IMG/VR virus record: IMGVR_UViG_3300020045_007976
Coordinates: 1-44,011 of that record
Source of the DNA: a virus
Taxonomy: Duplodnaviria; Caudoviricetes
Length of the DNA stretch: 44,011 nt
Strand: one strand, 5' to 3'
Shown piece after piece: positions 1 to 8,510 of the stretch. The notes under the pieces are model-generated. The model had not been told where the DNA came from. It made no database searches and saw only the letters and a program-made list of their open reading frames with translations. A program made the position numbers and the translations under genes. Every line of letters begins with the position of its first letter. Positions within the stretch are counted from its first letter, which is position 1.

Positions 1-121
1 ATTGGATACATTCTTATTTGAAAATTGATAATTTCAATATAGATCAATGCTTGTTTGGACTGCATTTAGTTAAGGAACAGAAAAATAAAACCATTGGATT
101 AGTTGAAAGTGAGAAAACAGC
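1..121. repeat. Terminal direct repeat (identical to 43891-44011); circular assembly overlap
   Basis: The first 121 nt match the last 121 nt exactly, and an ORF runs in frame across the junction. Confidence 0.95.
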
Positions 122-377
122 TGTTGTAATGAGTTTGTTTTTACCTAATTTTATTTGGTTGGCCACGGGTGGATTTTTTGGGTTTAAGTATGATAGATTG
201 GTTCCAATTAAACATTGTAAAATTATTGCGTTTCCAGATAAGGGAAAGTTTCCTGAGTGGCAGCAAAAAGCAAATGAATTAAACGGCTTCGGGTTTTCAA
301 TTGTTGTTAATGACTTTATTGAAAAATCAGACAACCCACCAGAAACAGATTTAGCAGACTTGTATTTAAATAAATAA
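1..377 (+). CDS. DUF6371-like primase, 3' part
   Basis: Motifs QCLFGLH, VESEKTA, WLATGG, AFPD and DLAD are Toprim-like. Confidence 0.8.
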   Translation, partial: WIHSYLKIDNFNIDQCLFGLHLVKEQKNKTIGLVESEKTAVVMSLFLPNFIWLATGGFFGFKYDRLVPIKHCKIIAFPDKGKFPEWQQKANELNGFGFSIVVNDFIEKSDNPPETDLADLYLNK

Positions 378-408
378 CCCCAATCCAAAAGAGAGGGGTT
401 TGTTTTTA
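376..408 (+). terminator. Probable intrinsic terminator at convergent gene ends
   Basis: AACCCC...GGGGTT stem followed by TGTTTTT. Confidence 0.55.
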
Positions 409-618
409 TATCGTTCCACCATTCAAATTCATTATTTTTTCAGTTAAATATTGTAGGCGTTCTTCATTGTTCCGAGATACAAGAAGTTGATTACGTTCTT
501 TCTTCAATGCGTCAATCGGTATAGCTTTGAATTTTTTACAATTAAAATAACCGTTTTTTGAGTTTTTTGCGCATCCTTCCGGCTTGGAGTGATGGCAGTC
601 GATGCAGTGGACTTTCAT
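406..618 (-). CDS. Hypothetical Cys-rich protein
   Basis: Tightly packed in the operon; CxxC. Confidence 0.6.
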   Translation of the reverse strand: MKVHCIDCHHSKPEGCAKNSKNGYFNCKKFKAIPIDALKKERNQLLVSRNNEERLQYLTEKIMNLNGGTI

Positions 619-620
619 AA

Positions 621-1040
621 TTAATAGTTTAAATATGCGTCAGGTAATTTTTCTCCTGGGAACAGAGAAAATATATTTTCAGATATACAAATTTTATGAC
701 CTTTATCGTAAATCAACTCATATCTGTTTGCAGAATCTCTGCCAATAACTTTTCTAGCCGAAATTGGTTTTGCATCCTGCAATAATTCAAACAAACATCT
801 TTCATGTTGTTTAAAATGTTCCATCAATTTATTGTGCTCTTTTTCAAAAGCGAAATTATTTATAATCATTCTATCTGAATCAGAAAGCCTAATTTTATCC
901 AAACTTATCAAATCGATAAACTTATCGACAATTGATTCGAAGTCAGAAGAAATAGTTTTCAAGTGCTTTTTATCTGAGCTACGATATATTTTTAATCCGG
1001 ATCTGGTTTTTTCTGTGAAGTATTCAAAATTCGTTTTCAT
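621..1040 (-). CDS. Hypothetical protein
   Basis: Operon packing. Confidence 0.65.
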   Translation of the reverse strand: MKTNFEYFTEKTRSGLKIYRSSDKKHLKTISSDFESIVDKFIDLISLDKIRLSDSDRMIINNFAFEKEHNKLMEHFKQHERCLFELLQDAKPISARKVIGRDSANRYELIYDKGHKICISENIFSLFPGEKLPDAYLNY

Positions 1041-1048
1041 AATTTTTG

Positions 1049-1486
1049 TTATTTAAGATTAATATTTTCATTTGTTAGCCAAGGCAGAAAAGGAAGTAAT
1101 TGAGTTTGTGCGTCTGATAACGACCGAACTAATAAATACACGCCACCTAAAGCTTCTACTTTTTTTTGTATCTTGATTTGATCTGGTGATTGACTTCCGA
1201 TTGATGTTTTGACTTCAATATTTACACACCGGCCGACAACCCCTTCAATTTTCAAATCTGATATTCCAGAAACCATTCCCGACTTTTTCAATAAATCAAT
1301 TTGCATTGCTATTGAATTTCGAATAGCTGCATGAAATTGTTTTGGTATGGATGCTGGAATATTGAAACCAATACCATTTGGAATGGAATGCACGACAAGA
1401 CTTGGCGAATGATTTGCTAGACAATACGTGTTGTTTATCCAAGTATAGATTTGTTGCTGAATTGCTGTCTCGTTTTCTGTTTTCAT
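1049..1486 (-). CDS. VRR-NUC (PD-(D/E)XK) nuclease
   Basis: E..IQ, G..SG.SDL, IEVKT and QS.DQ motifs; coupled to the helicase. Confidence 0.85.
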   Translation of the reverse strand: MKTENETAIQQQIYTWINNTYCLANHSPSLVVHSIPNGIGFNIPASIPKQFHAAIRNSIAMQIDLLKKSGMVSGISDLKIEGVVGRCVNIEVKTSIGSQSPDQIKIQKKVEALGGVYLLVRSLSDAQTQLLPFLPWLTNENINLK

Positions 1487-3162
1487 TTTGTAGTTATTAC
1501 GGTTATTGGTTTAATTTCTTCTTTTGGGATCTTGTAAAATGTGTCGAGTTTATTTTTCACTACATTCAACAAATTGTCAAACGTTCGCATATTCTTCCGT
1601 TCAAATGATACAGCAAAAGTTTTCATCGGTTTTGCCATTATGCTTTTCAACTTGTCATGAAATTGAGAATCTCCCAAACTTTTCTCGTACATTCCGCGTG
1701 TTACATAGTGATAAATAAAGACGTCGACACAACTATTTATCAAAATCGTATAAGCAAAAGCCAAATCTTTTTCGTTTTTTCGAGTATATTTTACTATTTT
1801 GCCACCATCTGGAAGCGGGTAATCGTCAATTAAAACTGCTACTTCATTGGATAGTTTCTTTTCTCGATTGTAAACTAGTTTTTCAAATCCGCAAACATCA
1901 CATATCAACAAGCTTTTTGGATGGATGTTCCCGCAACCTTCGCATTGAATAGTATTTTCGAGGGCTTCTTTTTTTGGTTTTGGCTTCGAATTTGACCCAA
2001 AGAAATAAGCTTTCCAATCAACGTAATCTTGCCACTTTCCGTGCGCCTCAATATTACCACCTAAATCAATCACTTTGAAACGTTCTTTGTAAATATCGTC
2101 ACACTTTCTGGAACCACGTCCTACCATTTGATGATAAAGAGAAATTGAAGCGGTCGCTCTGTTTAATATGATGCTTTGAAGTGTTGGTTCGTCAAATCCG
2201 GTTGTAAGTATCGAGACGTTGTTCAAGATTGCATCAGGCGTTTCTTTAAACCATTTCAAAATACTTTCGGCACTTTCGCAATCGTTCACACTATCAAATA
2301 ATTTTACATTAGTATATCCGGCATCAATAAATTGATTGTAAGTTGCTAGATTATTTTTCGCACTTGAATTGAAAATCAACGTTTTTTCACCTTTACATAT
2401 TTTTTCATACTGAAGCACAACATTTGCAATTGCTTCTTTTCCAGAAAATTCTTCATCATCGAAATCATTTGTTTTAGCGTCAATCTTCAAATCTTTATGA
2501 TGCACCTTTCCAAAATCATAATTCAAAGGCTGAATTAAACGCCCGCTATCAATTAATTCTTGAATAGGTGTTCCTATAATTATATCCTCGAATATTTCCG
2601 ACAAAGTGAAAGGCCTTGTATATTCAAACATTTCGACATTACAGCAAATTATTGGAGCCTCTGAAATATTCCCGCAACGTGTGCATTTGCAAAATGAAAC
2701 TTTTCTTAATACTGCAGGAGTTGCCGAAACTGCCAAAATCTTTACTCCTGGGAAATATTGAAATATTTCTTCGAATATCAAAATATGAGCTTCATCGCAA
2801 ATAATCAAACCTAAATCTTTAACGAATTCCGAATCTATTTTTAAACGCCTTTTAAGCGTCTCAATCATTGCGCAATAACTGTTTGATAAGTGATTCAATT
2901 TCTTCTTTTTAGAAGTGACCGTTTCAACTGTCATTCCTATTTTACGCAATGTTTCTGTTGATTGTTTAATCAATACTTCACGATGGGCAACTATTAATGC
3001 TTTTGAATTGGTTTTTAAAAACCATTGTTTTGCGATGAAACTAAAGATTGCTGTCTTGCCTTAACCACCGCCTGTCGGTAACTGGTACAACAGGCGGTCA
3101 TTGGTGTTAAAGTGATTAATAATTAAATCAATATCTTTTTGTTGGTCTGGGTATGGTGTCAT
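1483..3162 (-). CDS. SF2 DEAH helicase, full length, with an in-frame TAA at codon 34 inside Walker A
   Basis: The ATG at 3162 overlaps the HNH stop (ATGA) and reads MTPYPDQQ...QLPTGGG*GKTAIF...AHREVLIKQ, in frame with 1483..2973. That ORF carries DEAH, SAT, TGFD, QMVGRG and a C-terminal CxxC. Confidence 0.88.
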
Positions 3163-3689
3163 AAATGTTTCCATGATTTACCCGTTCTTATGTTGCTAAT
3201 ACAAGATTGAGTTACGTTAAATTTTCTAGCTAATTCCAGTTGTTTTGACTTACTTTCTAATATAATTTTTACTTCATTTTCTTTAAGTTTATGAAAATTG
3301 TTTTTAATTCCTTCTCTTGCTTTTCCATTTTGTAAACCCGTATTGTAAGCATGTGTTCTATTTTCGCTTAAAGTATTCCATTCAAGATTTTCAACTATGT
3401 TATTGTTTTTGACTCCATCAATATGATTTACCTGAGGCTTATTTTTTGGGTTTGGTATGAAAGCACTAGCGACTAATCTATGAACAGTTCTAGTGTTTGT
3501 TTTTTTATTTACTTTTAAATTTACTTTTAAGTATCCGTCTTTATCTGGAAGTTTTTTAAGCATAACACTTCTTCTTATCGCTTTACCTCCAGATGGATGA
3601 TTAACTAATCTTTCAATACTTCTAACATTTCCTAAATTTGAAACTTCGTAAGCCTTGAAATTTTCTATTTCTTTCCAAATTTCTTTCAT
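3159..3689 (-). CDS. NUMOD4-HNH homing endonuclease (free-standing)
   Basis: EIWKEI...YEVSNLGNVRS (NUMOD4) and VHRLVA..F...VNHIDG.K.NN..NLEW (HNH). Confidence 0.92.
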   Translation of the reverse strand: MKEIWKEIENFKAYEVSNLGNVRSIERLVNHPSGGKAIRRSVMLKKLPDKDGYLKVNLKVNKKTNTRTVHRLVASAFIPNPKNKPQVNHIDGVKNNNIVENLEWNTLSENRTHAYNTGLQNGKAREGIKNNFHKLKENEVKIILESKSKQLELARKFNVTQSCISNIRTGKSWKHL

Positions 3690-3700
3690 ATAATTTGTTT

Positions 3701-3973
3701 TTATAGTTCCTGCAATGTTTTTCCATTCATTCGTGATTCTATTATATGAAAAGTTTGAGTTATGTAAACCGGAGTGTAAATAATAGTACTATCATTTTTT
3801 ACATAATTTTTATTACTTACCAAATTGAAAGATTTTCTACTATAAAATGCTATTCCTGATTGTTTATAAGCTGCTTCCAAATTAAGCTTTTTTAAACGAA
3901 CTCTTATTGTTTCCTCAATAACATTACTTTTTTTAGCTATTTGCTTTACGGTGTATCCTCTTTCTGCTTTCAT
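3701..3973 (-). CDS. Putative HTH DNA-binding protein
   Basis: YTVKQIAKKSNV.EETIRVRL is HTH-like. Confidence 0.55.
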   Translation of the reverse strand: MKAERGYTVKQIAKKSNVIEETIRVRLKKLNLEAAYKQSGIAFYSRKSFNLVSNKNYVKNDSTIIYTPVYITQTFHIIESRMNGKTLQEL

Positions 3974-3989
3974 AATCAATAGTTTTAAT

Positions 3990-4009
3990 AACCGCCCTTT
4001 CGAGCGGTG
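3990..4009 (-). terminator. GNRA-loop hairpin after the SSB-like gene (terminator or processing site)
   Basis: Minus strand ACCGCTC-GAAA-GGGCGGT with a weak U tract. Confidence 0.5.
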
Positions 4010-4021
4010 TTTTTGTTTAGA

Positions 4022-4393
4022 TTAAAAAGGAAGGTCATCGTGTTCTTCTTCTTTAAAGGTGGTATTTGGTTCGAAATCTGCTGCTGGCATTGGTGACGAT
4101 TGTGTATTAGATGCTCCTTGTAAACGTTCCAATCTCCAGCCTTGAATAGAGTTGAAGTACTTAGTTTCACCACTAGGATCAACCCATTCCCTACCTCTTA
4201 AATTGATAGACACTTTTACTGCTTCATTCGTTTGATAACCGTTCAATAAATCACATTTATCCTGAACGAATTCAATCATAATATGCTGTGGATATTGTTC
4301 TTCAGTAGTAACTACTAATTCTCTTTTCAAGAAACTTCCGCTTCCTACATTTTTGGCTTCGCCAATCATTTTGATTTTTCCTGTAACTTCCAT
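4022..4393 (-). CDS. DUF3127 family, SSB-like OB-fold protein
   Basis: KRELVVTT.EQYPQ, NLRGREW, YFNSIQGW and an acidic DDLPF tail. Confidence 0.88.
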   Translation of the reverse strand: MEVTGKIKMIGEAKNVGSGSFLKRELVVTTEEQYPQHIMIEFVQDKCDLLNGYQTNEAVKVSINLRGREWVDPSGETKYFNSIQGWRLERLQGASNTQSSPMPAADFEPNTTFKEEEHDDLPF

Positions 4394-4395
4394 GT

Positions 4396-5046
4396 TTAAA
4401 ATTTTAATATTTCTAATTCAACATCAATTTGTTTTTGTAATTCGATTGCCTCAGTTTTTGCAATATCAACCCATTGTTGTACTGTTTTAATAACTGGCTT
4501 TGCTTTTGTGCCTAAATTAATTTCGCTGTCTCTAGTAAGCATAAATACAAAAATAGGCTTGTAAATATTCTCTGGCCTCCAACTACAGAAATAATGTTTT
4601 TGTAATTTTGGGTTTACTGTGAAGTAATGCACACATTGATTAATATTATCATTAGGGATATTTCCTAAACGAATGGTTTGTAAATGTCTTTTTGCCCCTG
4701 GGCATTTTATTTCTGCACTTATCGTTTCGCATTCTGAAATGCCATCAGGAGAAATACCGAGCAAAGGAATTTCTTCGCTTTGTAACCATCCGCATTCTAA
4801 TAACTCAACTTCAATATAGGCAGATAAGGCTTTCCTTGCTTCTGGCTCTAATTCTTGGCCTCTTATCATGTCAAATGATTGGTAACTTTCTTGTAAATCA
4901 AATTCCTCACATAGTTCCGATAAAATATCTTCTAGTAATGTGTCTGATTTAATAAACAAGCCTTTTGATAAAGTACCACCTATTTTACCATAGCGCATCT
5001 TGTGCCATTCTTCTGAGTTCTGTTCAATTTCGTAATGTGCTTTCAT
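4396..5046 (-). CDS. YqaJ / lambda-exonuclease-like recombination nuclease
   Basis: Q.SEEW..R.G, RG.ELEP.AR, SPDG and EIKCP motifs. Confidence 0.9.
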   Translation of the reverse strand: MKAHYEIEQNSEEWHKMRYGKIGGTLSKGLFIKSDTLLEDILSELCEEFDLQESYQSFDMIRGQELEPEARKALSAYIEVELLECGWLQSEEIPLLGISPDGISECETISAEIKCPGAKRHLQTIRLGNIPNDNINQCVHYFTVNPKLQKHYFCSWRPENIYKPIFVFMLTRDSEINLGTKAKPVIKTVQQWVDIAKTEAIELQKQIDVELEILKF

Positions 5047-5047
5047 G

Positions 5048-5239
5048 TTAATTGGTTTCTTTTAGTATGTCTTTTAACTCTTCAATTTCTTCTTCTAAAG
5101 AATCTATTTTATCTTCCAAATCTGATTTTTCATCTTTTAAAGAGTCGTTTTCTGATTCTAATGCTTCTATTTGTTCGACTAAGCTATCAATTATACTTTT
5201 AGCATCGTCTACACTTCTTTCAAGTCTATTGTCTTTCAT
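5048..5239 (-). CDS. Acidic coiled-coil protein
   Basis: Heptad repeats, very D/E rich. Confidence 0.7.
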   Translation of the reverse strand: MKDNRLERSVDDAKSIIDSLVEQIEALESENDSLKDEKSDLEDKIDSLEEEIEELKDILKETN

Positions 5240-5246
5240 AATGATT

Positions 5247-5780
5247 TTATTTTAAAGTTGTTTTTAATTTTTCTTTTAAAGCAATTACAGTCGGCAATGC
5301 TTGCTCGTCTTTTGTGATTTTACTCCAATTGGCTTGAAGTTCCAATATACTCATTGAAGAGTTAAGAACAGATAAAGCACCCACATCACTAACAACCACT
5401 TTTTCAACTGGCTTTACTTTTATACCGCCTGTAACTTTGCCCATCATTTTAACAGCAGGATCAAAATACAAATCTAATTTTATACCTACCCAATTAGGCA
5501 ATAAACGACTTTCTGAGCTGCTTAAATTTTTGGCCTGTTTTGTGATTTCGTTTATGATTTTACGGTTTCCAGAGTTAGCGACCATTGGCTTAACATCTTC
5601 AACAAATTCGATGAAATATCCATCCGTTTTGTTTCCAGATACGTCAACGCCTCTGTCATAATACGCTTCTTTAATTGTAAGCACACAGCTTCCTTTTTCT
5701 TCTACAATAGCCTCAACATCAATACCCGCTAAGTGGGTAGACTTTCTGTATTTCATGCTATCAATGTTTATTTCTTTCAT
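5247..5780 (-). CDS. Putative ssDNA-annealing/recombination protein (start revised to ATG 5780)
   Basis: Lies upstream of the exonuclease and SSB; function is inferred from context only. Confidence 0.5.
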   Translation of the reverse strand: MKEINIDSMKYRKSTHLAGIDVEAIVEEKGSCVLTIKEAYYDRGVDVSGNKTDGYFIEFVEDVKPMVANSGNRKIINEITKQAKNLSSSESRLLPNWVGIKLDLYFDPAVKMMGKVTGGIKVKPVEKVVVSDVGALSVLNSSMSILELQANWSKITKDEQALPTVIALKEKLKTTLK

Positions 5781-5789
5781 GATATTAAA

Positions 5790-5856
5790 ATTAAAAATTC
5801 CCCTCAATGACCGCCAAGTGCAAAGAGAGGAATAGTATGTTCTAATCTTGGCGGAT
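5790..5856 (-). promoter_or_regulatory. Structured 5' leader (terminator with a loop complementary to the 5' end)
   Basis: CCGCCAAG (5854-5847) is complementary to CTTGGCGG (5818-5811). The latter lies inside an ATTCCTCTC/GAGGGGAAT stem followed by TTTT. Confidence 0.6.
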
Positions 5857-5905
5857 TTTTGTTATGTAAATTTACTAAATAAATATTCAATAATCAAACT
5901 TTTTA

Positions 5906-6334
5906 TTACTTTTTATCAAATTCTACATTACACGCTGGAATATCAAAAACAGGATCGTTTACGTGTTCTTTTACTCTTTGCTGAAGAGTTACGTGGTCGT
6001 TAACTAAGATTTGATTAACCGAATTCCCATCCTTCTCAAAACCTTCAATAATCCTATTCTCTTTTGAATTGTTTTCCTTTCGTGCTTTTAATATTTCTTT
6101 GTACTGTTTTTCAACAGATTGAAATATATTCACGCTGTCTTCTAATTCCAAAGGGCTAAAGTTGCTGAAAAACAGCAAGTCCATAATCGCTTGTTCGTTC
6201 TTCTTCGGTTCCGGCTTTTCGCATCCGAATATTTTATTGAACAACTGCATAATTCCGGTGAATAACCAGTTTTTTAATTGTGTTGATTTTTTCATGATGT
6301 GTTTTATTAGATTGATTTTAATAATTCTTCGCAT
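5906..6334 (-). CDS. Hypothetical protein (start probably at MKKSTQ, about 6295)
   Basis: ORF track; operon packing. Confidence 0.6.
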   Translation of the reverse strand: MRRIIKINLIKHIMKKSTQLKNWLFTGIMQLFNKIFGCEKPEPKKNEQAIMDLLFFSNFSPLELEDSVNIFQSVEKQYKEILKARKENNSKENRIIEGFEKDGNSVNQILVNDHVTLQQRVKEHVNDPVFDIPACNVEFDKK

Positions 6335-6954
6335 AAAGATTCTGGTATTTTTGAACGCTCGTAACTGCCTTTTTTCCCTTGCGTCCCTGTCTTTGCTCCA
6401 CGCCTTGCGCTTTCATGGTGACAATGTTTATCAATAATATTACCATCCTTATCGTACTTGTAGTTTCTACACATTTGTTTAGGTTTCCAATTTTTTAAGT
6501 TGGTCCAGATATCAGTCGGCTTTGCTCTATCATCACCATATTGACAATACCATACTGTGTGCCTTGTAAACTCCTGCATAAACGGCATATGCCTTAACAT
6601 TCCTCTTGGGTTTTCAAATGTAAAAGTCATATTTGGATTTACTTTCAGCCATTCTTTTATCAATGAAATTACGTGTTTATTTACTTTGTCGCATTTTTTA
6701 GCGTATTCGCTTTTAGGCTCTGTTCCATTTCTGTGAGTACTTATAGCTGCAATAGTATAAGTTGTGCAATCAAATGAAGCGTGTACGTGGTTAGGTATAA
6801 ATGGGACTTGTTCTTTTGTTAATAGCTCAATATCCATTGACAAATCTATTTTTTCGTAATTTGTCCAGTCAACTGAAAAAGTTTCAAACCCTAATTGTTC
6901 AGCTTTTCTGCTCATGCATCTGCTCCCAGCAAATAATTCCAATAATTTCATCAC
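6307..6954 (-). CDS. DNA cytosine methyltransferase-like protein
   Basis: ELFAGS (motif I), ASFDC (variant of the PC motif), FENPRG (motif VI), YCQYG..RAKPT. Confidence 0.8.
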   Translation of the reverse strand: MMKLLELFAGSRCMSRKAEQLGFETFSVDWTNYEKIDLSMDIELLTKEQVPFIPNHVHASFDCTTYTIAAISTHRNGTEPKSEYAKKCDKVNKHVISLIKEWLKVNPNMTFTFENPRGMLRHMPFMQEFTRHTVWYCQYGDDRAKPTDIWTNLKNWKPKQMCRNYKYDKDGNIIDKHCHHESARRGAKTGTQGKKGSYERSKIPESLCEELLKSI

Positions 6955-7535
6955 TATTTAATTTTTTTAATAACATTAATCCCAACCGAAGGAATAATTG
7001 GAGTTGGTCCGTTTTTATACCAATTATCAGTACGCAATCTAACATTCAACTGCAACCCAATCAATACACCGCCTAAATCGTAGCGCACTTCTCCGTTTAA
7101 ACCGCCCATAAAGAAACTTCCTTTGTTGTTTCGGACAATGTTTCCTAGCTCAATCCCTACGGCTAAATCGGTATTTTTGAATACTTCGGTTACTCCGTTG
7201 AAATTAACGCCATACGCTTGAAACTCAATTCTAGGAAAGCTTTCGTAAAATACGGCAGCTTCAAAATGATTGTCACGTGCTCCGAGTTTTAAGGTGTAAT
7301 CTAATTCAGAATGTCCGTTAGTTGGTTTTGAACCATCAATAGCGTTACGAATATCCAAACCTGCTGAAACGAATGCGTAACGTTGCGTGTCTCTTTGACC
7401 ATAAACACGTCCGTATTGCGCTCGTGGTTGTGCGGACATAGTTGTAATTGATAATAGCAATACCCAGGGCATTACTGATTTTTTCCCGAAAAGGAGTTTT
7501 GACATAAAGTCGATAAATTTTTCTAGTGTTTTCAT
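6954..7535 (-). CDS. Putative outer-membrane beta-barrel protein
   Basis: Signal-peptide-like segment (WVLLLSITTMSAQ) followed by amphipathic Gly/aromatic strands. Confidence 0.55.
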   Translation of the reverse strand: MKTLEKFIDFMSKLLFGKKSVMPWVLLLSITTMSAQPRAQYGRVYGQRDTQRYAFVSAGLDIRNAIDGSKPTNGHSELDYTLKLGARDNHFEAAVFYESFPRIEFQAYGVNFNGVTEVFKNTDLAVGIELGNIVRNNKGSFFMGGLNGEVRYDLGGVLIGLQLNVRLRTDNWYKNGPTPIIPSVGINVIKKIK

Positions 7536-7539
7536 GGTT

Positions 7540-7845
7540 TTAATTTTTAAAGTTTAATCTATCAATTTCTGAGGCTATAAAAGCCCCTGCGATTACTAGC
7601 CTTTCGTTATATGGCTTATCACATAATCTTTCCCACCAATCTCTATCCCAATTTACAGGAGGCATAGACCTGTATATTTGACATAGACCGCAATCTTTAT
7701 CATAAGCTTCAATCATGTGTGCGGCGCTTGTTAATTGTCTTTTATCATACCATTCAGGATGATTAAAATGATGTTCGCCTGTAAACCCGTGTTTTGATAT
7801 TTGTTTCGCTCTTTCTTCTGTGATTAATTCTACTCCTGTTTTCAT
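7540..7845 (-). CDS. Conserved phage hypothetical protein
   Basis: G.ELI.EER..Q and L..AGA.IA.EIDRL pattern typical of a phage family. Confidence 0.7.
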   Translation of the reverse strand: MKTGVELITEERAKQISKHGFTGEHHFNHPEWYDKRQLTSAAHMIEAYDKDCGLCQIYRSMPPVNWDRDWWERLCDKPYNERLVIAGAFIASEIDRLNFKN

Positions 7846-7884
7846 AATATTTATTTTTAAATTGTAAAAAAGGTAATTTTTGTG

Positions 7885-8508
7885 TTATAAAATTCCCCAT
7901 TGTTCAGCCATTGCTTTAGCTATTCCTGGGAATGTTTTACTTCTTAAAATAGACCTTTGTTCTTTTGGTAGTTTCCATGCTTCTGCATACCATGTTGGCA
8001 TGCTTTTTCCGCTTTCAAAAACTGTTCTTTCAGGAGGCTTTACTATATCTGTTGGCTTTAAATTAGGCAATCCTTTAATCCACAAACATGTTTTCTTTTC
8101 AAATGGATCTCCAAATTGAAATGGATTAATAATTTGATTCGGCTTTCTCCATTCACTTGACATTATACCAACAGGATTTTCAATAACAATTTTATCACAA
8201 TTTGCATTTGCAAAAAGCATAAAGAAATTAATTGCTTCAATTCTATCTTTATGTCTTTGAATAGCTTTGTCTCCGTATTTTTCCACATTAAACCATCTAT
8301 TGCCCGTTACAGTTAAAAAAGTACATGTAGGAAACGCAATAATCATATCCCACTTTTGACTCAATAATTCTGTAACATCTTGCTTCAAATGCCATTCGGG
8401 GTGACCACCAGAACATGGCAATAAATCACATGAATAAGCCTCGTGACCTAATTTTCTGAACTCAATTGTAACTGCTTGGCTTTCTTCGCACGCTATTAAT
8501 ACTCTCAT
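7885..8508 (-). CDS. DNA cytosine methyltransferase
   Basis: VLIACEES, AFPTCT, IENPVG, K.TCLW..GLP.L and RSKTFPGIA.AMA.QW motifs. Confidence 0.85.
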   Translation of the reverse strand: MRVLIACEESQAVTIEFRKLGHEAYSCDLLPCSGGHPEWHLKQDVTELLSQKWDMIIAFPTCTFLTVTGNRWFNVEKYGDKAIQRHKDRIEAINFFMLFANANCDKIVIENPVGIMSSEWRKPNQIINPFQFGDPFEKKTCLWIKGLPNLKPTDIVKPPERTVFESGKSMPTWYAEAWKLPKEQRSILRSKTFPGIAKAMAEQWGIL

Positions 8509-8510
8509 GG

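Noticed and set aside
1-121. Biological terminal repeat
   Set aside because: It falls mid-gene and has a k-mer-like length, so assembler circular overlap explains it better.
3058-3066. Self-splicing intron or intein in the helicase
   Set aside because: The insert is only 6 nt, with no intron core or intein sequence.
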